A stretch of 50,975 bases of DNA from Methanobacteriota archaeon (lineage in GTDB: Archaea; Thermoplasmatota; Thermoplasmata; RBG-16-68-12): positions 1 to 50,975 of the forward strand of contig VBMG01000040.1 of the NCBI GenBank assembly GCA_005878485.1. Direction: 5' to 3'. Positions within the stretch are counted from its first letter, which is position 1; each line of letters opens with the position of its first letter. Of the stretch, positions 7,884-17,047 are shown in pieces. The translations under genes and the position numbers were made by a program. The notes below the pieces were generated by a model that was given only the letters and a program-made list of their open reading frames with translations, ran no database searches and was not told where the DNA came from.

Positions 7884-8124
7884 CTTTTGTTATCGGTATT
7901 AGAGATGCGACAATCCCGCTCTCTCCTCCCGTACACGTTCGTTGCAAACATCGTTCGAGCGTCAGGACGATCCACGTGTGCGCGGAGTCTTGTTGTAGCG
8001 AACGACCGGTATGCCCGCGGGCTCGCGCGGAGTAGAACACACTTCGGACCCTTCGCGGTCGCGGCACGGCCGATGGTCCAAACCGGGTAACGCCTCCGTG
8101 CGACCCATGGAAAGCCGAAAGCGG

Positions 8125-9273
8125 TCACCGGATTCCGTGAATGGGGAACACGAGCCGCCGGAGTTCCTCGACCGTCCGCTTGACCTGGCGTGGGACGTGC
8201 GCGTCTTCGTCGACCTTGGTGTGGTCCCGCAGCGCCTTTTCCGCGGGGACGGTCCCGACGAGTCGGTTCCCCTCTCGTAACCAATTCGTGGGCAGCGCAT
8301 CGTCCAAGCGGAGGCCCACCATCGTGGCGAAGAGGACCGTCCATACGCGGGGGACGGCGGTGACGTCATATCCGCCTCCGCCCACCGCAATCCACCGGCC
8401 CCCGCAGAGTTCCGATGAGAGCCCGTCCAGGATCCGTCCCACGGCCTCGTAGGTCTCCGTGGTCAACATTAGGTGCGTGAGCGGATCGAGATAGTGTGCG
8501 TCGGCTCCGAGTTGGCTGCAGATGAGGTCCGGCCGGAAGGCCCGTGCGATCGGCGGAACGACCTCTTGAAACGCGTAGAGATACGAGACGTCGCGAGTAT
8601 AGGGCGGGAGCGGCACGTTCACGGCGAAGCCTTTCCCATCGCCGGCGCCGATTTCGTCCGTGAAACCGGTCCCCGGGAAGAGGTAGTGGCCGTCCTCGTG
8701 CAGGGAAATCGTGAGGACGCGGGGGTCCTCATAGAAAACCGCCTGGACCCCATCCCCGTGGTGCGCGTCGATGTCGACATACAAAATCCGCCGGACCTGG
8801 TGCTGATCGAGCAGGGACCGGATCCCGATTGCGATGTCGTTGAAGATGCAGAACCCGGATGCACGGTCGGGCATCGCATGGTGGAACCCGCCTCCGAGGT
8901 TGAAGGCCCGTAGCCGGCGTCCCGACGCCACCTCGGAACACGCCCGCAGGGTTGCACCCACTTGGAGGGCCGACGCCTCGTACATCCCTGCAAAGACGGG
9001 ATCGTCGACCGTCCCGAGACCATGGACTTCCGAGGAGCCGTGCGGATCCGCCCCGAGCTCCCGCACGGTGGCCACGTACTCCGGCCGATGAACGGTGAGG
9101 ATGTCCGCCTCGGCCGCGGGACTCGGCCGGAGCTCCTCGGCGCCTCGATCACCGAGGAGCCCGTACCCCGCGATGAGGTCGCGAGCGAGCTTCACCCGGA
9201 TCTCTCGCAACGCGTGGGCGGGGCCAAAATCGTACTTCAGAAAATCATCGTGGTAGAGGAGCGCGGGTCGCAC
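8125..9273 (-). CDS. Histone deacetylase / acetoin utilisation (AcuC) family deacetylase
   Basis: HDAC motifs GGGFHHA, DIDAHHGDG and GGGGY are present. Start set at in-frame GTG 9273, which lies 31 nt downstream of a CTTTAAG box (leaderless geometry). The track ORF to 10170 overlaps the neighbouring gene and is R-rich. Confidence 0.85.
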   Translation of the reverse strand: MRPALLYHDDFLKYDFGPAHALREIRVKLARDLIAGYGLLGDRGAEELRPSPAAEADILTVHRPEYVATVRELGADPHGSSEVHGLGTVDDPVFAGMYEASALQVGATLRACSEVASGRRLRAFNLGGGFHHAMPDRASGFCIFNDIAIGIRSLLDQHQVRRILYVDIDAHHGDGVQAVFYEDPRVLTISLHEDGHYLFPGTGFTDEIGAGDGKGFAVNVPLPPYTRDVSYLYAFQEVVPPIARAFRPDLICSQLGADAHYLDPLTHLMLTTETYEAVGRILDGLSSELCGGRWIAVGGGGYDVTAVPRVWTVLFATMVGLRLDDALPTNWLREGNRLVGTVPAEKALRDHTKVDEDAHVPRQVKRTVEELRRLVFPIHGIR

Positions 9274-9297
9274 ACCTCTCTGAAAGGGGGACGGAGA

Positions 9298-9304
9298 CTT
9301 AAAG
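9298..9304 (-). promoter_or_regulatory. TATA-like box (CTTTAAG) 31 nt upstream of the HDAC GTG start
   Basis: The spacing matches the CTTATCC-type boxes found upstream of other genes in this window. Confidence 0.4.
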
Positions 9305-9350
9305 GCGGCTCGACGTGTCTCACTAATATCCAGGCGGTCTGATACAAATC

Positions 9351-12300
9351 TCAACGGGCAGAAACCGCCCGCACGGGACGCGTCGCGGCGGCGACCGCGT
9401 AGCCGCCCTGGATCAGCTTCTTGATGTACGGGGCCAAGACCCTCGCGAGGCCCATGTCTCCATCCCAATCCTCGAGCTGGTCCCATTGGTGGTCCTCCAT
9501 GTCGCGGATGCAGCGTTCGATCTGCTCCGTCCACGACTCCGTGCCGTCCCCTTCGATTCGCGCCGCGAGGACGAGCCATTTCCCTCGCCCGATTAGGATA
9601 TGCATCTGGCCGACTGTCATCTCGTTCAGCTCGCCCAGGTCGTCGCCCCGTAAGGCGTCCTTGACGAACGCCTGCACGGCGGTGAGCATGCCGCTCAGGA
9701 TGTCCGTGTCCACGTCCGGGCGGAGCCGGCGAGTCTCGTGTTTGATCAGGAGCCCGTCTTTGGCATTGAGCAAGAACACGTCCTCGATGATCGCGTCCTG
9801 TGACCTGGAGGCGGCCTTGACGGACGGCCTCGAGGGTTCCCTCGAACGGCGACGCACGAGGAAGAACAGCGTTCCGGCGACCCCCGCGGCGGCAATCACG
9901 AAGAGCCACCAATAGCTCGCGAGGAATCCTTGGGCGGTCGCGAACTGGAATGTCTTCGACTGGACCATCGTGTTCCCGGCCAGGTCCCGCGCGCTCGTAT
10001 CGACGACCACGAAGTAGGTCGTCCCAGACTGGAGCTCCCGGGTCGGCACGAACGTCACGCTGCGGGAGTCGGCGCTCCACTGGAAGGACCCATCGACCGC
10101 CGGCGAAATCGAGAACGCTTGCTCCACCGAGGCGCGGTCCATCGCTTCCGTGAATGTAATCCGGATCCACGGAGTCGTGTTCGTGTCCGCGCCAACCGGC
10201 CGCACGTCCGTCACGGACGGTGGCGTGATGTCGATCATGGTCCAGGTATCATTGCCGGCGGGAGCGGGCTCGACGTTGCCCGCGCGGTCCGTCGCGATCG
10301 AGCGGAACGCGACCACGCCCTGCCCGCTCGCCGTGAAGGTACCCGTGGTCGCGGCCGTGCCGACGAGCCAATTCGTCCAGCCCGCGCCGACATCGTACAG
10401 GACCGTGTACGTCGCGATGTCCGTGGTGCCGGCCGCCTGGCTCCAGGAAACCGCGAACTGAAGCCGGTTCTCGAAGGCCGGCAAGGAGGTCATGATCGAA
10501 TTGGGCGGGGTCACGTCCACGATCGTCCACGAGTCGTTTCCGGCAGGCGGCGCCTCGACGTTGCCCGCGCGGTCCGTCGCGATCGAGCGGAATTCATAAG
10601 TGTGGCCGTCCTGTCCCGTGAACGTGGCGGATGTCCCCGTCGACACAAGCCAATCCGACCAGCTTCCGCCATTGTCGCGCACCACAACCCGGTAGCTCGC
10701 GATGTCCAGGGTGTCGAACTGGGGTCCCCACGATACCATAAATCCGAGGGACGTCTCGTACGTCGGCAGCGGGAGCGTGTGGGAGAACGGGGCGATCGTG
10801 TCGACGATCGTCCAGGTGTCGTTTCCAGTCGGTGCGACCTCGACGTTGCCCGCGCGGTCCGTCGCGATCGACCGGAACGCGATGGGGCCCTGGTTGCCGC
10901 TGTTGAACGTCGCCGAGGTGGCGGTCGTCCCGACGAGCCAGTTCGTCCACCCCGTGCCCAAGTTGTATTGAATCGTATATGTGGCGATGTCCGTCACGCC
11001 CGCGTCCGGAGCCCACGAGACGAGGAACGAAGCCGAATTCTGATATGCGCTGAGCGCGTTCACGTGGGACCCCGGCCGGACCGTGTCGACCGTCGTCCAC
11101 GTATTGTTCGCGAACGGTCCGGACTGCACGTTGCCGGCGAGGTCGTCCGCCGTTGTCGCGAACTCGTAAACGCCGTCTGCGGAGGCTGTGAAGGTGAATT
11201 GGCCGAGGTTTCCCGCCGGTTGTGTCGCGTATGGAGACCAACCACCGCCCCCGGTCCGCACCCACAACGTGATGCTCCTCAGGCCGGTCCCATTGCCGTC
11301 CGAGGCCGTGTAACCAATCGTGAACGTTTGCGTGTTCTCGTACGTCGGGAGCGAGGTCGCCGCGGAGGTCGGCGCATCGCGGTCCACCATGACGAACGGC
11401 TCCGTGTGACTCGTGCTCATGTCGACGAACCGCGGATCACTCGCGAACGAGTAACTCGAGTACGTCACGGTGACCCGCGTCACGTTGTCGATCGGCAAAG
11501 GAGAGTCGATGTACACCCGGTCCGTCACGAGAATCCACGGTTGGATGCCACTCGGGGACGACCGATCCCAGATGGGTGATCCGTTGTCCTCGACGAGGAT
11601 GTGCGCCCCGGCGACCGGCGTCAGACCGTTCGGCCAGAGCGCGTCAACCTCGAGGAAGTTTTGGACCGTCAAATTGCCGGCGGCCATCACGGCCAATTTC
11701 GTGAACGGCGTGTTCACCGCGAAGCCTTCCGTGTAGTTGTCCACGAAGAACTCGTAGGATCCGACGGACGACAGGGATGCGTTTTCGACCGTGAAGCGGA
11801 TGGTCAAGGACCGATTGCCGACGAGGTAGTACCCATTCGCGTAGGACGCTTGCACGGGCAGACCCGCGCCGGGGGCTCCTTTCGCCACCCCCGAAATCGT
11901 GTCGCCGAGGGAAACGCCGTACCTCACGAGTCCGGCGACGATGCCGCTCGCGTCCCCACCGCGCCCCCCATTGGTTGGACCGAGGGAATCTCCTCCGCGT
12001 CCCCCTTGCAGCGTGTAGACCTGGTTCGTGTCGAGGGTCGGGGCGAGGTACAGTGCGGCGATCCCCCAAGCGCTCCCTCCATTCCCGCCGAACTTGCTTC
12101 CGATTCCCCCTACGCCACCCGTGACCGTCTGGATCAAGTTGAAGCTCATTGCCGTCGCGTTGAATCGACCGTCGTTGTAACCGATCGAGAGGACGCCCGT
12201 CGCATTTCCTCCGTAACCACCATGGGCGCCGCGGCCACCGTCTCCGCCGGTCAACGTGTCCATCGTGCTCGATCCTACACTCGCAGACCCGACGACGGAG

Positions 12301-13679
12301 GCTAGCAGGAACGCCGTCGCGCCGCCGCCCGTACCGCCGTTTCCGCCTCCGCCCGCGGTCACGCCCCCATTTCCCCCGAGGCCGCCGTGAAGGATTGAGA
12401 CGGTATTCCCGCCCGCATCCGCATTTTCAGCCGTGATGAAGAAGAGACCGTCCGCGTCGCCGCCGGCGCCGCCGTTGCCGCTCGAGGTGCTTCCCGTCGC
12501 TCCGGCCCCTCCGGCGCCTCCCGTTACCCCGTTGATCCCGTTCGTGTGTAGCTGTGTGAAGCCCGTCGTAACGGCCGCTTCGATCGCCGCGGCCGTGCCG
12601 CCGCTTCCGCCCGAACCCCCGTTCGTTGTCGTCGCGCCGCCGCCGCCGCTTCCGCCGGCTCCGCCCTGAAGATTCGTGATGGTATTGCCTGAGATGTACA
12701 CCCCCGAAGTCATCGCGACGACGATGCCCGCGACGGAACCGCCGTTGCCGCCACGGCCTCCCGTCCCGCCGGGATTCGTTTGGCCGTCGCCACCCCGCCC
12801 GCCGATCGCGGTGTCGACCGTGTTCGTCGTGATTGACGCCGATGGCGCGGCGTTCACGTAGATACCGAGGGCGAAGGCGCCGTCACGACCCGGGGCTCCG
12901 GGCGACAAGCCGTTGCCTCCGTTCGCTCCGCGGACGCCGGTGATCGTGTTCCCATCGATCGCCGCAGTGGCACCCGCGTTGACCAGGATTCCCACCGCGA
13001 AAACGCCGCTCACGTTCGTGATCGTGTTGCCCGAAATCGTCGGCGCGCTGGGTTGTTCGACCTGGATACCGAGACCCGTGCCGTTAATCGCGTTGCCGGC
13101 AATCTGAGCGTCGGAGGCGTTCGCGTAGATCCCGAGACTTGAAGCCCGTTTGATGACATTGCTCGTGACGAAGGCCGTGGACCGCACGAGGACGAAACCG
13201 GCCCCCGCTTGGAGGATCGTGTTGCTCGAGAGCGAAAGCGAGCTCGCCGTCGCGGTAACTGCGCGATCGACCCGATCGAAAGTAGACCATGAGATCGAGC
13301 CGGAGGAGCTCGCATTGAACTGGATGCCGCCCCACGTGATCGGCGAGCCCGTGTTGTTCGCGGTAAAGATGATCGCCCTGGTGGCGGTCCCGTCGGCGAC
13401 GAGCGAGCCCTCGATGAAGAGGTGGACTCCTGGATCGAACTTGACCGTCGTCCCGGGAAGGATGGTGAGCGTCGCAGGAGCGCGGACGGTGACATGGTAC
13501 GTTGCGACGTATATCGTATCGCTGATGCCCCACGTCGTATCCGTGGTGATGAGCCCCCGCACGTACGTGGTTGCGGTCGCCGTTGGCGCCGTCCATAGGA
13601 ACGCGGCGGTCGCGGAAGCAAGCAGCACCCAGACGATCATGAAAGTTCGGCCCAAGGTCGTCGTGGGGTGGGCACGCAT
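9351..13679 (-). CDS. Large single-pass surface protein: signal/anchor, parallel beta-helix repeats, Gly-rich repeats, 4 tandem Ig-like domains, SbsA-Ig-like domain, TM, cytoplasmic roadblock/longin-like module
   Basis: N-terminal hydrophobic segment FMIVWVLLASATAAFLW. PbH1-like repeats (IAGNAINGTGLGI, ISGNTITNV, IDGNTITGV). Periodic GGxGGxG blocks. Four ~95-aa repeats each ending in SIATDRAGNVE. TM YWWLFVIAAAGVAGTLFFLV followed by RRRSR. The C-terminal ~150 aa begins VFLLNAKDGLLIKH. A TATA-like ATAATATAG at 13744-13752 sits too close to GTG 13739, so ATG 13679 (GGAG upstream) is preferred. Confidence 0.8.
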   Translation of the reverse strand: MRAHPTTTLGRTFMIVWVLLASATAAFLWTAPTATATTYVRGLITTDTTWGISDTIYVATYHVTVRAPATLTILPGTTVKFDPGVHLFIEGSLVADGTATRAIIFTANNTGSPITWGGIQFNASSSGSISWSTFDRVDRAVTATASSLSLSSNTILQAGAGFVLVRSTAFVTSNVIKRASSLGIYANASDAQIAGNAINGTGLGIQVEQPSAPTISGNTITNVSGVFAVGILVNAGATAAIDGNTITGVRGANGGNGLSPGAPGRDGAFALGIYVNAAPSASITTNTVDTAIGGRGGDGQTNPGGTGGRGGNGGSVAGIVVAMTSGVYISGNTITNLQGGAGGSGGGGATTTNGGSGGSGGTAAAIEAAVTTGFTQLHTNGINGVTGGAGGAGATGSTSSGNGGAGGDADGLFFITAENADAGGNTVSILHGGLGGNGGVTAGGGGNGGTGGGATAFLLASVVGSASVGSSTMDTLTGGDGGRGAHGGYGGNATGVLSIGYNDGRFNATAMSFNLIQTVTGGVGGIGSKFGGNGGSAWGIAALYLAPTLDTNQVYTLQGGRGGDSLGPTNGGRGGDASGIVAGLVRYGVSLGDTISGVAKGAPGAGLPVQASYANGYYLVGNRSLTIRFTVENASLSSVGSYEFFVDNYTEGFAVNTPFTKLAVMAAGNLTVQNFLEVDALWPNGLTPVAGAHILVEDNGSPIWDRSSPSGIQPWILVTDRVYIDSPLPIDNVTRVTVTYSSYSFASDPRFVDMSTSHTEPFVMVDRDAPTSAATSLPTYENTQTFTIGYTASDGNGTGLRSITLWVRTGGGGWSPYATQPAGNLGQFTFTASADGVYEFATTADDLAGNVQSGPFANNTWTTVDTVRPGSHVNALSAYQNSASFLVSWAPDAGVTDIATYTIQYNLGTGWTNWLVGTTATSATFNSGNQGPIAFRSIATDRAGNVEVAPTGNDTWTIVDTIAPFSHTLPLPTYETSLGFMVSWGPQFDTLDIASYRVVVRDNGGSWSDWLVSTGTSATFTGQDGHTYEFRSIATDRAGNVEAPPAGNDSWTIVDVTPPNSIMTSLPAFENRLQFAVSWSQAAGTTDIATYTVLYDVGAGWTNWLVGTAATTGTFTASGQGVVAFRSIATDRAGNVEPAPAGNDTWTMIDITPPSVTDVRPVGADTNTTPWIRITFTEAMDRASVEQAFSISPAVDGSFQWSADSRSVTFVPTRELQSGTTYFVVVDTSARDLAGNTMVQSKTFQFATAQGFLASYWWLFVIAAAGVAGTLFFLVRRRSREPSRPSVKAASRSQDAIIEDVFLLNAKDGLLIKHETRRLRPDVDTDILSGMLTAVQAFVKDALRGDDLGELNEMTVGQMHILIGRGKWLVLAARIEGDGTESWTEQIERCIRDMEDHQWDQLEDWDGDMGLARVLAPYIKKLIQGGYAVAAATRPVRAVSAR
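10233..11384 (-). repeat. Four tandem coding repeats of ~285 bp (95-aa Ig-like domains)
   Basis: The core CGACGTTGCCCGCGCGGTCCGTCGCGATCGA recurs at 10271, 10556 and 10841, exactly 285 bp apart. A diverged fourth copy lies near 11120. Confidence 0.85.
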
Positions 13680-14097
13680 GTGTGACACGGACTCCGCAGC
13701 GAGGGTTTGCCCCGCCCTAGTCTCGCCCCGTTTCCACACGACGCTATATTATCCAAAGGATGCCGTTATCGCAGGTGATATCGAATTCGTGTCGGAATAA
13801 CGGCCCGAGCAGAGGGTGACGCGACAACCTTCAAGGTGTCGTGAAGGCTTGCGCGGTCGGTGGCCTCTCGCGCTCGATGCAATCTTCTCCGCGTCCTCCA
13901 TCGCCATCGTTGGCGCATCCCGACACCGCGGAAAAATCGGATCGACCTGAACCCGGTTATCGCGCTCGACGAGGACCTCGGCTATCGCACTGTCGACGCC
14001 CGGATGTCCTGGAACTCCCCGGGCCTAACCAGACGACATCGACGCCGGCCGCGCAACGCTTGTAGCCTTGGAACGCTATCCAGGGCAGGGAAGCCGC

Positions 14098-14472
14098 ATG
14101 ATCCAAATCGATGTCGACGTCCCGGATCGTCCGGGTGAACTCGCGAAGCTTGCCGCGATTCTCGGAGCGACGGGGATCAACATCGATGCAATCAGCGCGG
14201 AATCCGCGGGCGGGCGGTCGTACATGAGCCTGATCGTAAACCAGCCGATGCAGGCCCGCGAAGCGTTGATGAAGAACGGGTATGCGTCGGCGATGCGGAC
14301 CGTCCTCGTCGTGCGGCTTGATGACAAGCCGGGAGCCCTCGCCTCGCTCGCGCGCAAGCTCGGCGACTCGGGCGTCGATGTGGTGAGCCTGATCCACCTC
14401 GGCACCGTCGGCGGCCACGCCCAGATTGCGCTCGGCGTCGACAACCTGGAGAAAGCACGGTCCCTCGTCTGA
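14098..14472 (+). CDS. Tandem ACT-domain protein (small-molecule binding regulator)
   Basis: Two ACT-like halves: IDVDVPDRPGELAKLAAILGATGINI and VVRLDDKPGALASLARKLGDSGVDV. ATG at 14098 chosen over the 14068 extension. Confidence 0.7.
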   Translation: MIQIDVDVPDRPGELAKLAAILGATGINIDAISAESAGGRSYMSLIVNQPMQAREALMKNGYASAMRTVLVVRLDDKPGALASLARKLGDSGVDVVSLIHLGTVGGHAQIALGVDNLEKARSLV

Positions 14473-14602
14473 CCGTCGCGGAACATACTCCATCTCAGGT
14501 TCGATAACGAGAATAGTCCCTCGGGATAGAAACGCTCAAGCCCGCCTGCGGTTCTATCTTACGCCATCCCGTTTTCGGACGGGTCATCCGGAGGTATCGA
14601 AA

Positions 14603-15298
14603 GTGCCGGAAGGTCATCGGGGCGGCCTCGGCGTTGTGCCGACGAATTTCACGACGCATGGACCGAAGACGGTCCCGCGCGTCGACTACGACCGGATCTT
14701 CGTCCTCGACGAGGACGCGAAGCTGCTTGGGGAATATGCCCTTCGAGACGACTGCCCGCTGGAATACGACGACCTTCGCCGAGCGATCCCCCTCAGCGGG
14801 ATGCGGCACCTTCTCTCCTTCTACCAGGGGGAATACGTTTTCACGCCATTCCGAGTGGGCGCCCTCTGGTTCGTCCTCTTGACCCAGGGCGTCCCCCGGA
14901 TCGAGGAGCGGGGCTCAATCGGAACCCTGCTGGCGGCGATGCGGGTCCACCTGCCGCCAAGCCTCTCGCCGACCCTCGCGGCACGGGAGGCGGCCCTCCG
15001 CGACCGGGAGCGCGAGCTGGAGGCTCGCGAGACGGTCGTGTCCAGGAAGGAGCAACGGGTCGTCCAACTCGAAGAGAAACTTGCGACGGCCAGGGAGAAA
15101 ACGGAAGACCTGGCCGCCGAGGTTCGCGCCCGCGAGAGCCGACTCAACGCGTTGCGCGATTACGCGATGGAGATACATCGGACATTCCAGCAAACCGAGT
15201 CGAGCGCGGGCCGCCCCGCGATTGCCGAAAGGGATTCGCCGGAGGACGGGGAACCGCCGCCGCGCTCACTTATCGCACGCCCTTCTCACGACCGATAA
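14603..15298 (+). CDS. Soluble paralogue of the cluster family: conserved ~90-aa module plus short coiled coil
   Basis: GTG at 14603 has GGAGG 8 nt upstream. RIFVLDEDAKLLGEYALRDDCPLEYDD aligns with the next gene and with the juxtamembrane region of the 3848-aa protein. A coiled-coil tail follows (RERELEARETVV...RLNALRDYAMEIHRTF). No TM segment. Confidence 0.65.
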   Translation: MPEGHRGGLGVVPTNFTTHGPKTVPRVDYDRIFVLDEDAKLLGEYALRDDCPLEYDDLRRAIPLSGMRHLLSFYQGEYVFTPFRVGALWFVLLTQGVPRIEERGSIGTLLAAMRVHLPPSLSPTLAAREAALRDRERELEARETVVSRKEQRVVQLEEKLATAREKTEDLAAEVRARESRLNALRDYAMEIHRTFQQTESSAGRPAIAERDSPEDGEPPPRSLIARPSHDR

Positions 15299-15312
15299 CC
15301 AAAGCCCGTTTC

Positions 15313-15338
15313 TTAAATAAGGCCCGGGCCGCTCGATT
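15313..15338 (+). promoter_or_regulatory. TATA box TTAAATAA + 10 nt + GCTCGATT
   Basis: Same 8+10+8 architecture as 16856..16881 upstream of the giant paralogue. Confidence 0.4.
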
Positions 15339-15391
15339 GTCCATCGACGAATCGCGAGGGGGCACCCTCGTGGAGCCGAGGCGGCCAGCGC

Positions 15392-16798
15392 ATGCAAGGG
15401 GCGATTGAGACACTGCTTTCAGGCCTCCTGATTCAGGGCCTCCGCCCCGCACTCGCTTCGATCCTAATCACCGCTCCGATGAAGAAAGTGGCTCGTGCGC
15501 AGCTCAAGAAAATCTACGTCCTCGATGAACGGGGTGAGATGGCTGGCGAGTACGTCCTCGACCCGGACTGCCCGATCGACTATAACGATTTCTTGAAGGT
15601 CCTTCCGAACGAAGGGATCGGAGATCGCGATTCGCTCTTCGTTGGGGAGTACGTGTTCACCGCGTTTCAGAGCGGCAAGTACGTGTTCGTCCTCCTGTCC
15701 CGAGGACAGCTGGGCGCCGAGGATGTGGACTGGACGGCTTTGCTTCTGACCGCCACGGAGTCGACTCTCGTACGCGGACCGGCTCGCCCAGCACCGACCC
15801 GGGGAGCCGGAACTAAGTCGGACTCCGAGAAGGGTTTCGCCGATCGCGACGCCCGCCTCGTGGCGAAGGAAAAGAATCTCGCTGAGTTGGAAGCGCGCCT
15901 TCAAGCGGAAGCGGCAAATCTCACGGGTCGTCAGGAAGAACTCGACCGTCAGAAAGCCCGGCTCGCGGCTCTGGCCGATTACTCCGCGCGGATGCAAGAC
16001 ACCGTCGCGACCGGACTGTCACGATCTCGAAAGGAGCTCGAGACAGCGCAGCAACTCGCGGCCAAGTCGTCTGCCGACTCGAAGACGACGGAGTCGAAGG
16101 CGGCCACGGACGCACGGCAGTCGTTCGAGCAAGAACGTAAGGCGCTCGTCGCTGCGAAGGCGGAACTCGAAGCGAAGGACCGGGAGGCAACCGCGCGTAT
16201 CGCGAAGCTCGAGCAAGATGCCAAGGATGCCATGTTGGCCCTCGAGAAGGAGCGAACGGCAAACGCCACACGAGCCGCGGAGGAAGAAAAGACCCGACGC
16301 GAAATCGAGGGCCGCGTCGCCGATTTGAGTCAGCGGTTCACATCGATCGCCAAGGAGCGCCTGGTATCGTCCCACCGCCCCGCGGAGGAAGCATCGGACG
16401 AGGTCCGGAAGGCGATGGAGGGCGAGAAAGCGGAGGTTGCCCGAGAGCGGAAGTTCCTTCAACGCCGGGCAATCGAGCTGCTGGACCGTGAGGACCGGGT
16501 TCGAGACCGTGAGGTCCATGTCGATGAACGCGAACAGGACTTCGCTCGGCGGGAGCAAGAGCTTTCGTCGCGCCAACAGGATTTCGAACGGCAGCGCACG
16601 CTCTTGGCCCAGGCGAAGCCCCAGCCTCCGGAGGTCCGGACGGAGCCGGACGAAGCGAAACGCGATATCGAGCGGCGTGTGAAAATCATCCAGCAGAAGG
16701 CACTCGAACTCTTGGACCGCGAGGAGAAACTCCGAAAACGGGCGGCGGAACTCGAGGCGATGGAGGCCCGGCTCTCCGGAAACGTCGCCGCCGATTAG
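15392..16798 (+). CDS. Cluster-family paralogue: conserved module plus ~330-aa coiled coil with twin C-terminal motif
   Basis: KIYVLDERGEMAGEYVLDPDCPIDYND module. Heptad-rich E/R/K/A/L sequence. Two motif copies, FLQRRAIELLDREDRVRDRE and RVKIIQQKALELLDREEKLRKR, shared with the 3848-aa protein. An alternative start is ATG 15479 (MKKVARAQ); the first 29 aa are hydrophobic. TAG stop. Confidence 0.7.
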   Translation: MQGAIETLLSGLLIQGLRPALASILITAPMKKVARAQLKKIYVLDERGEMAGEYVLDPDCPIDYNDFLKVLPNEGIGDRDSLFVGEYVFTAFQSGKYVFVLLSRGQLGAEDVDWTALLLTATESTLVRGPARPAPTRGAGTKSDSEKGFADRDARLVAKEKNLAELEARLQAEAANLTGRQEELDRQKARLAALADYSARMQDTVATGLSRSRKELETAQQLAAKSSADSKTTESKAATDARQSFEQERKALVAAKAELEAKDREATARIAKLEQDAKDAMLALEKERTANATRAAEEEKTRREIEGRVADLSQRFTSIAKERLVSSHRPAEEASDEVRKAMEGEKAEVARERKFLQRRAIELLDREDRVRDREVHVDEREQDFARREQELSSRQQDFERQRTLLAQAKPQPPEVRTEPDEAKRDIERRVKIIQQKALELLDREEKLRKRAAELEAMEARLSGNVAAD

Positions 16799-16855
16799 GG
16801 GCAAACGGCTCCGCATCGGCGCATGAAATCACGTCCGATAACCGCCCGCGGTCCC

Positions 16856-16881
16856 TTATATAGAGCGCGGGAAGCTCGATT
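16856..16881 (+). promoter_or_regulatory. TATA box TTATATAG + 10 nt + GCTCGATT upstream of the giant gene
   Basis: Strong TATA about 190 nt upstream of ATG 17048. Spacing to GCTCGATT is identical to 15313..15338. Confidence 0.4.
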
Positions 16882-17047
16882 TTTGCCGCTGGCCAGGGAG
16901 AGCCGCGCCCCGCGAAGGACGGATGCATGCGTACCCCGCTTACGACTGATGCGCTCCACCTCGGTGTGAGTCCGAGGACCATCGTCCTGCGGAAACTGCT
17001 CGCGACGATTTGGCGGTCCCGCCCGGCCACTCGGGCGTGAAGTACGG

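Noticed and set aside
9274-10170. N-terminal 299-aa extension of the HDAC track ORF 8125..10170
   Set aside because: It overlaps the 3' part of the 1442-aa gene in another frame and is R/G-rich. HDAC homology begins at about 9273, where a GTG has a TATA-like box at -31.
10233-11384. Regularly spaced identical ~31-nt cores as a possible CRISPR-like array
   Set aside because: The period is 285 bp, the repeats lie in frame inside a large ORF, and they encode the same peptide (SIATDRAGNVE) in homologous domains. These are coding tandem repeats.
13740-14097. Small ORFs 13841..14065 and 13860..14138 in the spacer between the 1442-aa gene and the ACT gene
   Set aside because: They are R/P/S-rich, mutually overlapping in different frames, and have no SD or TATA support. 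The region is better read as divergent promoter space. A degraded gene remnant cannot be excluded.
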